DNA of 64,000 nucleotides from Orbicella franksi. Taxonomy: Eukaryota. The translations under genes and the position numbers were made by a program. Where the stretch lies: the NCBI GenBank assembly GCA_964199315.1, contig OZ116710.1, forward strand, positions 11,284,001-11,348,000, read 5' to 3'. The notes under the pieces were generated by a model. It worked only from the letters and a program-made list of their open reading frames with translations, was not told the origin of the DNA and did not search any database. Shown in pieces: positions 48,901-60,900 of the stretch. The number at the start of each line of letters is the position of its first letter. Position 1 is the stretch's first letter.

Positions 48901-51900
48901 GCATTGCCATCACCAACACAAGTGATTATACCTGGAGAGATCAAGCTACCTCCATTTTGCTGTGTGGGGGTTCTAACAGAAACTGTCATTCCATTACATA
49001 ACAGTAGCAGTCGATGGATGCATTGCGAAATACACTCAATATTATGTACTGTTAATGGTGTTCAGGTAAGAGATAATTTTGAACGATTGTACTCTAGCTG
49101 TTACTAACTCAGTAACTGAGCATGAGGAGTCAAGGTGCAAGATTAATTAGAATTCCAAGAAGAACATAGATCCAGTATAGTCTGGTTGAAGATTTCCAGT
49201 ATGGGTATTCTTGTCCTTTTTGAGAGGATTCTAAAATAGTGCAAAGCTTTTAGCAAACTCTAGTCAGTTGTCAGAGTTCCTTTGGATGTCATCTCAGTTG
49301 TACATTAAATTTTGTAATATTGTTAACGACTGTAGTTAACAAAATAAATAATGACATGCAATGACGTGGGGGAAACTACAATGAAATAAAACCTACAACT
49401 AACATTAAAATGACTTACAATATCTTGTCATTAAGTAGGACAAGAATCATTACACTAACTAGTTGCCTTAACATACCTAATACTAACAAGTTAGAGCACA
49501 AGTTGACCACCTGATCTAGGATATGCTTTTCAGCCCTCATTTTGCAGTAAGACAAACTTTTTGGAGGAGGCTTAACTGTAGTATTCAACTCATCAATCAC
49601 AAGACAGTTTAGCAGCTACTGGTAAAGAGTACAATGTTCAAGATTCTGTCTTTGTTGACATTCAGGTTCCCAGTAGTGCATGTGCATTCTCTCATCAACC
49701 AAAAGTGATCATAGCACCACATACTACAGAAAACGTCAAGGTTAGTGACAGAAAGAGATCTAAGATTTTATGATGTACCAACAAGCATTTCAGTGGATAA
49801 ATTATTTGTTTCACTGATACTTGCTTGTTGTGACTAAACTTATAAGCAAACAAAATGAACAAATGGAAAATGAATCTTTGTGGCAGAATTATAATTCAAA
49901 AAGCTTTATGTCTAGGTAAGTTTATGCATATCAGTAGTATTACTGTTTGATTGAGTGATACTTTGTAATTGGTTAGCATAGGTTACTTGTAATATTAGGT
50001 ACAATGGGATAAAATGTTTTGTAGATTCATGTTAGGATTTTAGGTCTTAAATTTGTAATTTGTAAGAATTTGTCTAATTGTAATGTGCTTTTAACTATTT
50101 TTATAGAAAAAGTGCGATATAGGTAATAAATTATATTGTTATTGTTGTATTCTTGTAAGAGACATGTCTTTTGGTGATTAATTTTCATTTTTTGCGTGTT
50201 ATAATGTTTGCAGATAAGCATTGAGCCTAATGAAGCTGGTACATTCACTGCACAGCTACAGGTCTATTCAGTCCCAGTGGTTTGCGAAGTGCAACCAACG
50301 ACGCATAGTTTGGGACCAGTATTAGCTTTAAATGTTGTAGCAGAAGAACCTAAAGTAGAGGTGTGTAGATAGAATTATTTTTAATAGTTCAATGTTAGTG
50401 GTATGATTCATGGTTAAACTGAGCTTTAAAAGTAATTACTTAGAAGCATATAATAAATTATATGTAAAATGAATTGATAACTCACGGTTATGTACTAAAT
50501 TCTTAAAAAATTGTTTATTTCTTTTCATTGTGAGGACAAATGTTGTAATAAGCCCGTTAAGCGCCCATAGTGCCATATGGTACAAAATGTTATAATAAGC
50601 GTAAAATTTGACCAATTCGTTTCAAATTTGGACACCAAAAGGATCTTTAAGAGATCTTCAGATTGGAAGTATAAAATCATACTGTACCCCCCTCATGAAT
50701 CAGACTTGATTAACCACCCCTCAAGTTTTTGAAACTTTTGGTCTTTACAATTATTTTACGGTCAAGTGAATATCTGATAAACATATACACACCCAGAGCT
50801 GCAAATTAAGCTGTTGTTTAGGGGTATACCCAATATATACAAGGAATAAGGTATTTTTGAACGTTTTCATTTTTTTACTTGGCGGACTCCTCGATTCAAT
50901 TTGTGACATCTTGTATGTCTGCCATGGTGATTTAAGACATACCCCAAACAATACCTTTCAACTGATATTTTACTTATAATGAGTTTTTTGCCAGGGCTTA
51001 AAGCGTTTAAGTGAACTTAGAATTAGTTCCTCAGTGGTAAATCAGTTCCCCCAATGAGAGGTCCTATTAAGTTTCATCTGAAAAGTTCTATATTGATGAC
51101 CAAGTTCAGCAGAGATCTGTGATCTGTATGTGATTTGCTGTTGCTGGGTTGTATAGTTCCTGAGTGAGTAACACTTACAGCCAATTAGATGTATTGCTGG
51201 TCTCCATAAAGCTATGTCATTAGGTTGAATCCAACATGTCTTAATTGTGTAGAATGCATTATGTTCTCAAAAAGACACAGCCATTAGATAAAACCAGATA
51301 AAGATGAAGTACTTGCAAAATTTGTTCATTTTAAAAATTGTATAAAAAGCAGTAAATCCTTAATATTGGTGCTGCACTGTTTCAATTCTTGTGTGCTCTG
51401 CACTAACAACTCAGAACAAAAACTGCTGACTTCCCTTGGGCCGGCGAGGAGCAATATAACATTTTATTTCTTCATTAAACAGGTTGTTCTTGAGGATGAT
51501 AATACCATACACTTTGGCGAGGTTTCATGTGGGGCTAAGCAATGTCGACCAATCCATCTGATAAACAGAGGGAGAGCTCAAGTACCCATCAGAATCATTT
51601 TATCTGCAGTGAGTTCATTAATCATTTTTAATTAGTTTACAAGACTATTGTTTTAGCACCAGAATACGAATTTTGAGATAAACCTTTTGATACAAAAAAG
51701 AGCAATAACTTGTTTGGCGACATTTTAAGGTGGAAAGCATTTGGTCATGACTCTAAGAGTTGTTTGATCCCTGAAGATATTGTTGAATCTTACAAATTTG
51801 TGGCAATATGAGCCTGAAACCAATTGTTTGGAATTGTTGTTCAATGCATCGTTATTACTAATATAGACTGAACACCTCTGGTCTGGCAGATCCCAGATTG

Positions 51901-54900
51901 ATTGCCATCAGGCTCTCAAATGTGCCTGGTGCATTTACAAGCCAAACAGTATCACTGTTTATTAGTAGGACCAGTTCTGATTCTGTTTTCTGCAGTCAAA
52001 TTGCACTGTTGCTGTAAAGGTCCCCTCTGCTATGTACACTTGGCATTAGTTGTGTGTACTCTTGGTGATTTGCATAAGAGTCACTCAGAAAGTTGTTCAA
52101 TTGGTGATAGTCAGCACAAAATCTGATGCAGTTATCTTGTGTAGTAAAAGTACTACTTATGAATTTCTTCTACAGACTAATACTTCTTTCATACCAAAAA
52201 GGGACCACTTCCTAGCATTCAGACATTGCTCTAAGTTTTGTTTTGTTTTCCACTAAACAAATGATATTGTTTTGGCTTCAGGGCTAACTATTTACATAGG
52301 TGCAATAGCAACTAATTAGAGTAAAGATCATAATTTGCAATATAAACATGTTGTAGGTAGACAAACAAACTGCCAAAGGCATGTTCAAAAAAAATTAAAT
52401 TAAAATTTTGATGACTGACCTAATCATTCAAAACACTATTTCATTTTTTAAATAGCTCCTTGTTATCCATGCAGGTACTTGAAACATGATACTTACCGTA
52501 TTTTATCCAGCAGTCACGCTGCTGATTTTATGCATACTTAGAACTTTGTGTCAGTGAAAAATAGCTGTGGCTATTGCTAGTTCACATTTGTTTTGTTTAA
52601 TAGGGCATTAAAAGGGTGCAAAGAAAACCAGATTTCAAGCTGATGCTTGTATGATAGGGAAGTTCTGGTACTGCTTGCCCCTCTTTTATCTATATATCTT
52701 CTATCTTAACAGAATAGCAGCTCACTGCACTGTTTTGCTTTTGCGGATGCTGACTTTTCACCCAAGACTGATGTCGTGAGAGGTGCTGCCCCTGCTGGGA
52801 CTAAAGGAGCTGCATTAACTATCCACACCTTGTCTCTTAAAGGATGGAAGGATTTGGTGAGTTAGTTGTCAATATCAACATGTGTATTTTTGTCAGAGCA
52901 CAGAAACAGAAAAAGAAACATCACCTGACTTTAGAGCTTCCAATCTGCTGTACATGGCTATAAATCACTCATCAGTTGCCTGATGTACATTGTAAAGTTG
53001 GCTATGCACAGATTAAGAAAGTGCAAAATCATATTACTCTAATTTAATCATTCTTTTTACTCATGTTTTTGATGTTATGCTTTCTTTGATTGATTTTCTT
53101 GTACAGACTTCCATAGTTGAACCAACTGTTGTGTGGTTACTATTTCAGTCTCAAAAGATTGGGCTTAACAGTAAGTTGGATGCATGTGCAATCTGTATTT
53201 GTGGTAAAGTGAACAATGCTGTGCACTCACACTTAGTCAGCATCTATTCTATGCTTTGTGACAAGGCCTTCATACCAAAATGCTCAATTAACTACCAGGG
53301 CTGTCATTAAGTTTTGAGTCATGCCCATAACAAACTTGTTACTTTGTAGGTGAACTGTGAATTCACCCACATAACATCAGGGGCCTATCAATTCAAGCAT
53401 ACTCAGCTGTACAGGTTATGGTGGCACTGTTTGTGACAGCCCTGACTACTGCCTGCCTGTTTTGAAGCATACAGCTGTCAAGATTGTATTAGTGCTTTAT
53501 TTATCTTTCATTTAGACTGTGCCTTAGAGGTTTTTAACAGTTTTTGACAACAATAATTATGTTATTGTTGATCAGGAACCATTTGTGTGAGGAAAATAAG
53601 CATGAACAAAGAGTAATGTGCTACTTTCACTTATCTGAAACAATTACCTATTGCATGAAAATTAAAACAGCTTATTTGCTTCTTGTGTTATGTTTACGTT
53701 AGGTATCTCATCAGCTGGACCACCAGAAGAGTACACTGCACGTCTTGATGTTGAGATTGACAGTGCTCGACAAGGTTGAAGTTTCAAACTGTAAACATTG
53801 ATTTCCTGACTAGACTTGATTGTTTGAAATATTTACAAAGATCTCTCACATCAACAAAACTATTGAAAAACTAACAAGAAGCTTGCATTACTTTGTATAC
53901 TACTAAAAGGATTGACCAAAGGACATTGTGATCCTTTTTATCTAATTTGACACATGTTTCTTTTGTATGTAATTGATATCCTAGGCCCTACTATCAGCAG
54001 TATGGCTCTTAAGGCCCTTGAAGGTATTGTGAGGCTTCACACTCCTCATAAGCTACAGGTTAGTTTCTGTAAGTTCAGGTGTTGCTTCATTTCAAGCTAC
54101 ACTGTGCTCAGTACACAAATCAAGGTGATTTAACAACCAGCCCATAAATTCATAGAAAGGTAAATGAAAGAAATCACATTTCATTCATATTATACTATAA
54201 AGTACATTGAAGAGACCGAAAGGTATGAAACATACTGACAGAGCCCATCCCCTGCTGTAAAGTTGTATTATTAGTCCCTCTCTGCCACTTGTATTTCCCA
54301 GGAGCTGTGTCTATTCTTTGAGCATTGTGTACAAGTCATTGGGAAGGTCAATCAACAATAGCCAAGACAAATTCTGATTATCTCTTTAGGAGAGCTCTAA
54401 AAAGACCCAAGAATAGTTACAAATGTATCAAAAAAAAGTCTTTTGACGAGATGTACCTGTTATCCTAGACACCTGGTCAAATGGGAGAATTATTCCTCAA
54501 GTCACTTAGTTCCTCAGACATTGGTGGCTCATTTCCTCAGAAACATGTTATTTATTGCAGGTCTTGACTTTGAAAAGTTCTCTTGGTAAGATTGCAAGCT
54601 GTACTATTCCAGTAAAGAATGCTGGTAACATTACAGCCAAAGTAAAGCTGAAGATTGAGGGAGACTCAAAGCAATTCTCTGTTAAACCTATCCAGCTGCA
54701 TCTTAAACCTAATGAGGTGAGGAAATATAAAACATGATGCAAACTGCATAAACTTCTCAATCAAACACCTCTATAGGATGTGTAGATGTGCCAGGGAAAC
54801 TGAATAATAAAGTTGTGCATCTCCATATGAGTTAAGAGCCCTGCTGTTTTGTTACCTGTAATCATAGGAGTCAGAGGTACAAGTCATGTTCCAACCCACA

Positions 54901-57900
54901 GCAGCGAATAAACAAGTTGAAAGGTAATTTATTACGTTTTGATGAGGATACTGTGATGGATATATTTTTGAACATTTATTGAGCAATCCAAACTTACTTC
55001 TTTTTGTAAAAGCATTTATGTTTAGTTATGTTGAATGAACTCTCGCTGAAATAGCACAAGTTAAATGAGTATGATTTGGTACACTTGAGAATTTAACCTT
55101 CAACCATCAAGTGTCTCAGCATCGGCACAACTTTGATCTCAGTTAGAAGCTCTTAAATTTAAAGGGATGTATTTTCAATCTAAAACATGAACTGATGCTA
55201 AACAGTTAAATTACTTTATCTATTACTGCCTGTCGAAGGTGTAGAATGTATGCAAAGGTTGCAAAATTGGCCTTACAATTTTAGGAGAAAATGTTTGTGA
55301 AATCAGATGTGCAGGTAGTATAGATTAAGTTTTTTTTTACTGATGGCTAAGTTTTGCATTTCGATTTTCATGTCCATGCATGTTTCACAATGAAAGTAAA
55401 TCTAGGCCACTATATTTCCACAACCTTTGTTGACTTTTTAATCATGTTAACGTTTTGCTTACAGCTTGGTAGTTCTTACAGTTCCCAATGGACCAGTGTA
55501 TGAATTAGTAGTGAAGGGATCGGCTTTACCAAAAGATGATGATAAGTAAGAAAATATAATTACATGAGTTTGTAGGATTTTCCTTTTTACTCTGATTAAT
55601 GTTCAGTGCTTTTGGGCATGGCAGAATTTTGATTTTTGATTTTCACCATGATTTAAAATATATTTTAGCTATTTACAGTGCAACTACTCCAACTAAGGCC
55701 TTCTGAGCAATTTTTTTTTGCAAATTGACCAGTAGCATTCACATGTTAAAACAATAAAAATGGTTCCAAATTTGTTGTTTCTTTAGTCTGCAGGTTGCTC
55801 AGATTGACAATTTGTGGGAAATCTATTGTGAACATCAATTTTTTTCGCAGATCAATTTGGGCAGAATTTTGTTGGGTGGCCTTGATTGGGGAAGTTGCAG
55901 TGTAAGTGTAGGTGATGATAATAATCCCAGACATTGTTTTGTAGGTTTAGCTTGTTTAGCAGTAAGCAAGTTCTCTGTTGGAGTGGAGTGGCTCTTGGAC
56001 GGTCTCAGTGAGTACTTACAGTTCTCATAACACTGGTACTGTTAGATAAAATGTGGAGATTTAATATATTTTTGCAATTTCCATCTGACCTTGACCACTG
56101 TTATTTATAACCTTTTTGTAACAGGCAGCAAAAGGTTATATTGAAGACAAGCTCTACATCACCTGTAAAACTTCAACTACTGATTGAGGGAAGTCATTCT
56201 GATTTTCAGGTTTGTGTAGCAGAAAGAAGATTTTCTCCTTTCTTGAAAGAGTTTTTTCCCTTAAATAACATGTTAGTGAATCAATGGCAATACCAAGAAG
56301 TGTGATACATGTGTCAACTTACACCAGGCAACGTGAAAAGTAGATTAACATAAGTTGTTGCTACACTAATGGCATTTACCCAACTGTGAGCAAGCAGCTT
56401 TTCAAGATCGCTTTGCAAGATTGCTTTAATTATTTTATCCTGCTCCTATCACTTTTCATCTTGTTTCTTTTGGCTCATGCAGTTACCATTGATTTGTAAT
56501 CTGTTAGATACAGCCAATGTTCAGTTCCCATGGTGGAAGTCCAGAGCATCCACAAGCAACCCTTCAACCTAAGGTGAGTTAAACTGAAGTGGTTATATAG
56601 TAAAGGTAAGGTGCATTTTTTGTGTGAAAATATTGAAGGGCCGCAGCCATGATAAAACATGGTAAAATTTAAAAATGATCTCTGGCTGAAACAATTAAAA
56701 AATTACAAACTTTCGACTACCTGAAATGCAGTCTTTGACGGGTACAATGTGAATGACAAGAGGCGAAGAAAAAGAAAATTTTGGACAACAATGCATGAAA
56801 TTGCAAAATAATAAAAATGCAAAAAATTTATAAATTTTTGTTGAAAAGAATGTTGTATTATCCACCTGGATTTTTCTTCGCTTCTTGTCATTCACATTTT
56901 ACCTGTCAGAGACTGTTGTTCAGGCGGTCAAAAGCGGGTAATTTTTTAAACATTTCAGCTCGAGATTGTTTTCAAATTTTACCGTGTAAGGTGCATTGTC
57001 AAGTGTCTATTTAACAATTACAGTACATTCTCCAGGATTTAAGAAATGTTTTAAATTTAAGGTGTCATTTGCAATGGGTCAATAATCAAGTGCCTCTCGG
57101 AAATCCAATAGGTTTGCCACTAGTTAGTGGAGTCAGGTACATGTAGCCAGCCTTGCAGGTTTTTGAACTGACATTGGAGAGATTAAGCATGATGTTTCGG
57201 CAAATGGCAAAAATTAAACTGTTGCCAGCTTTCTTCAGCTGTCTGTACTGTAGAGTGAAAATATTTGTATTTGCATTGTATAGTAGGAGACATTTTTCTA
57301 TTTTTGTGTGATTTATTTAAGGATTACAAGAAAAGAATAAAAAATCAGAGGTAGTCTTTGTCATTTGCTGTCTGCCATAAATGTCATGCTTAACTCTCTA
57401 TCCCTCGCTTATCAGGAACCCCAAGCTCAAGTTATAGAGTCATGGGTAGCCAATAAAGTGTAGCCAACCATAACTCCAAATATTGAGCTCATAGACTAGA
57501 AACTGCACACTATGATGGTGTATGCCAGTTTTACGACATAAATGAAAAGGATTATAGTTTGTTTTGTTGTATCAACAGAAGGCACTTCCAGTCCATGTTA
57601 GTTTTTCACCTTCGTCCATGGGCCTTATCTCTAGTTCTCTGGTCATCAAGTCCCTAACAGGAAACACAAAGTCTATGGTAACTTAGCTTTGATCGTTGAA
57701 ACTACGATACTTCTCCTATCATTAAGACAGAGAGACAGACATAATGAAAGTTATTGTTTTGTGTTTACCTCATCATGATGGCGATAACTTGCTCTGAATT
57801 AGCCGCTGTCTTCAAAGTTCCTACAGAATAAGTGTAAACAGTCAGACTTGAGTTCTATGAACGAAAAAATTGTCAGCATTGGCTCGTGTCTGAGGATCAA

Positions 57901-60900
57901 TTTCTTCTAACAGTATGGTGTCCTCTTCTTTGATGGCCTCAGAGGTGGTTTAGCAGGCAATCCTTGCATAGAATTTGTGAGGGCAGTGAGTGCACAGGAG
58001 GGTAAATGGTAGATGAGGGGCTGCAAGGCGGCGGTTTTGTTCTTTGCATTTCTCTTCGGCTTTGTGCCTCCATTCCGTTTGAAACATGGCAGTCCCAATG
58101 GAAATGTGGAAATAGACTGTCGAATATAATAGTTAGAAATGGCCAAGCTAGTGAATTATGAAGAGACACCTATGTCAAATAACTGAATGTATGTGGTAAA
58201 CATTTTATTTTGTCACCAGATACCACTGTATGGCTGTGGTGGAACAAGCCAGTTGGTGTTGGTGGACATCAGGCAGCTTAGTGAAGGATATGTCATTAAT
58301 GTTGGAGAGGTAATGTCTTAAGTATAGTCCTAATTAGTATATTAAAATAAAATACGTTGTGTTACTTGATGATACTAACAGAAAGTGAACCACCAGAATC
58401 TGGCTTTTGCCATGTTAATACAGTCACTATTTTTCAAACCAAAGTGGTGTAGGGGTTTTAGTCATGATTTGAAAAATGGGCTTCCAAAATGTGCTCTAGG
58501 ACTTGCTAAATGAGCAATGAGCCCTTTGCATGATCCGGTCACATGGTACAAAATCACACATGCTGGTGAGCAAGTTGCACAGTGGGACTTCCAAAACAAT
58601 GCAACTCGTACCAGTCCACCTGGACCTGCCTTTATTTTGGAAGTCCCACTGCACAACTTGCTCACCAGCACGTGTGATTTTGTATCATGTGACCAGATTG
58701 TGCAAAGGGCCTATTGAAGGCTTTCGTGCAAAAAGGGCGATATAACATTTTGGGCCAATTTTTATTTTTTGCAGGATCGAGCTAATTTTTGGCAGACTGA
58801 CTTGTTTTGACATGAAGAGCATCGTTGCGTAATTGATTTTGTTTATTTGCGCTTTGTTTTCAAGAATAGTGTAATATATATATGCAAAAAACTCAGTCTT
58901 CCAAGGGTATGTTTTGGAGATCTTTTGTTGAGCGAAAAACAAAAGAACCTTTTGTTTTGCTAAATGATGAAGTCCCCGAAGCGTGGCATTTGGTGCTAGT
59001 TTTATTAATCATATAATTATGCTTTTCTCTTACTGTTGCTTCATTAGCGCAAGCGAATAAGGCGCTGAACAGGCTGGATTTAAGTTTCATTTGCTGTGAC
59101 AATGGTTCAATACGAAGTCGGTTTATTTTTATTCCTGGTCTATTTCTCTACTTCTTTCAAAAATCAAAACATCTATTTAAAAAAAAACCCATGCTGACGA
59201 AGCTGCTAAAAGTAACCGTTTAAGTTCACGCCGTGTCAAGGTCCACCTTAGAAGGATTCGCTTCAAAAGATGCCGCTCAGAAAACTGAGTTTTTTTATAT
59301 GTTATTTCTCGAAAACGAAGTGCAAATCAACAAAACCAATTACGCAACAATGCTTTTCATGTCAAAACAAGTCAGTCTGCCAAAAATTAGCTCGATCCTG
59401 CAAAAAATGAAAATTGACGCAAAATGCTCTATACACCCTTTTTGCACAAAAGCCTTCAATTTATAAGGCAACATATGAAAACTAAAAAAAGAAATAGACA
59501 ATTGTAAAACAATTTTCTTTTAAAAAGTGGTTGTCCAGATGATGCCTGGACACCCATCTGGCTAAAAGCCTGATGATGTTGCAAATTTATGAGGTAACCA
59601 CAAATAAAGTAATAAACTGATTAAGGGTCTCTTTTCACCTCAGGTCTCCCTTGGGAAAAAGAACTCTGTCAAAGTTGTGGTGAGAAATTCTGGCACAAGG
59701 GCAGCTTTTGTCAAGGCTGTGTGTTATTCAGGTACAGTTAAAATAAAACTTGCTATCATTATTGATGTGTGTTTTACAATTAACAACACAGACCTTCACT
59801 GATAATAGATTTCTGGACACTTGATTGTGAACCTTTCAGACAAGGTAAACTTAGTTAAATTATGGCACATGTCGATCAGAGTTATTTGTTGTGGTTCAAC
59901 TTGACACAGAACAATCTGGTATTTCCCTTTGTTTTGTATTCATTATCACATATTACCCTGTAGCAGAACAAAGGAAAATAACAAATTGTACCGTACCAAG
60001 GGTAAAATTGAACCACAACATATGCACTCAGACTAGTCTAACAGAATCCCTGTAACTGCTTCTCCAAAAGACTGATCATGGACCCAAGAGAATTGTGTGG
60101 AAAGCGTAATCTTTGTTCAACTTCTTTTGTTTAAATGTGATGGTGCATATTCTATATTTGGCAGTGCTGATTCAACACTGCTGGAGAAATATTAAGGAAT
60201 CCATAGATAGTTGAGGAAAGGACCTCTGCTTATCTTAACTTTTAACTGTTTCGTTAACAGTTTAGAACATGGCTGGTCTGGCATGGTTTGCATGAACAAG
60301 TGTACTGGTAGAGATAACACCTTCAAACTGTTTCATGTAAACTCTTTTCCTTCTAGATATCCATTCACTTCAACAGTATCCTTCCAGCCACTTGAAGGTT
60401 CATCCAGACAACTTTGTGCTCTCTGAAAGAACATCAAAGGTGTGTGAAATCAGGTTTTATATCATTTTTATAAGAAAGTTAAGTTATAATTGTACAAGCA
60501 GAGTATTTCATCAAATACCAAGATCAAACCCTTTGAATTTTTTGTTATCACTCCTGGCAAAATGCAAAAAAAGTACACTCATATCTTTATCAAGTAATGT
60601 GCAACAACTTTAAAGGGTTTTGTCATTTTATCTGATGGTTGATTTACCATTTGCTAGGCTGTGTTGATTGAATACCAACCTCTGGAGAAAGACGCCATCA
60701 ACTGTCGCACATCTGTAAACTCTGTTGCTGTTCTTGCTTTCTACACTGGAGATGAGTTCTTGAGACGGCAATATAAAAAGTAAGGAACAAAGCAAATACT
60801 ATTGAGTGTGAAAGTGACTCAGAGAATAGTAGGAGGTATTCATAGGTAAAGCTCTGGATTCAAATAACCAGTTGATTTTTAAATTCATTATATTTTGACG

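Noticed and set aside
50545-51010. piggyBac-like element with TTAA ends
   Set aside because: Only weak terminal similarity (TAAGCCCGTTAAG / CTTAAAGCGTTTAA). Boundaries and TSD could not be fixed.
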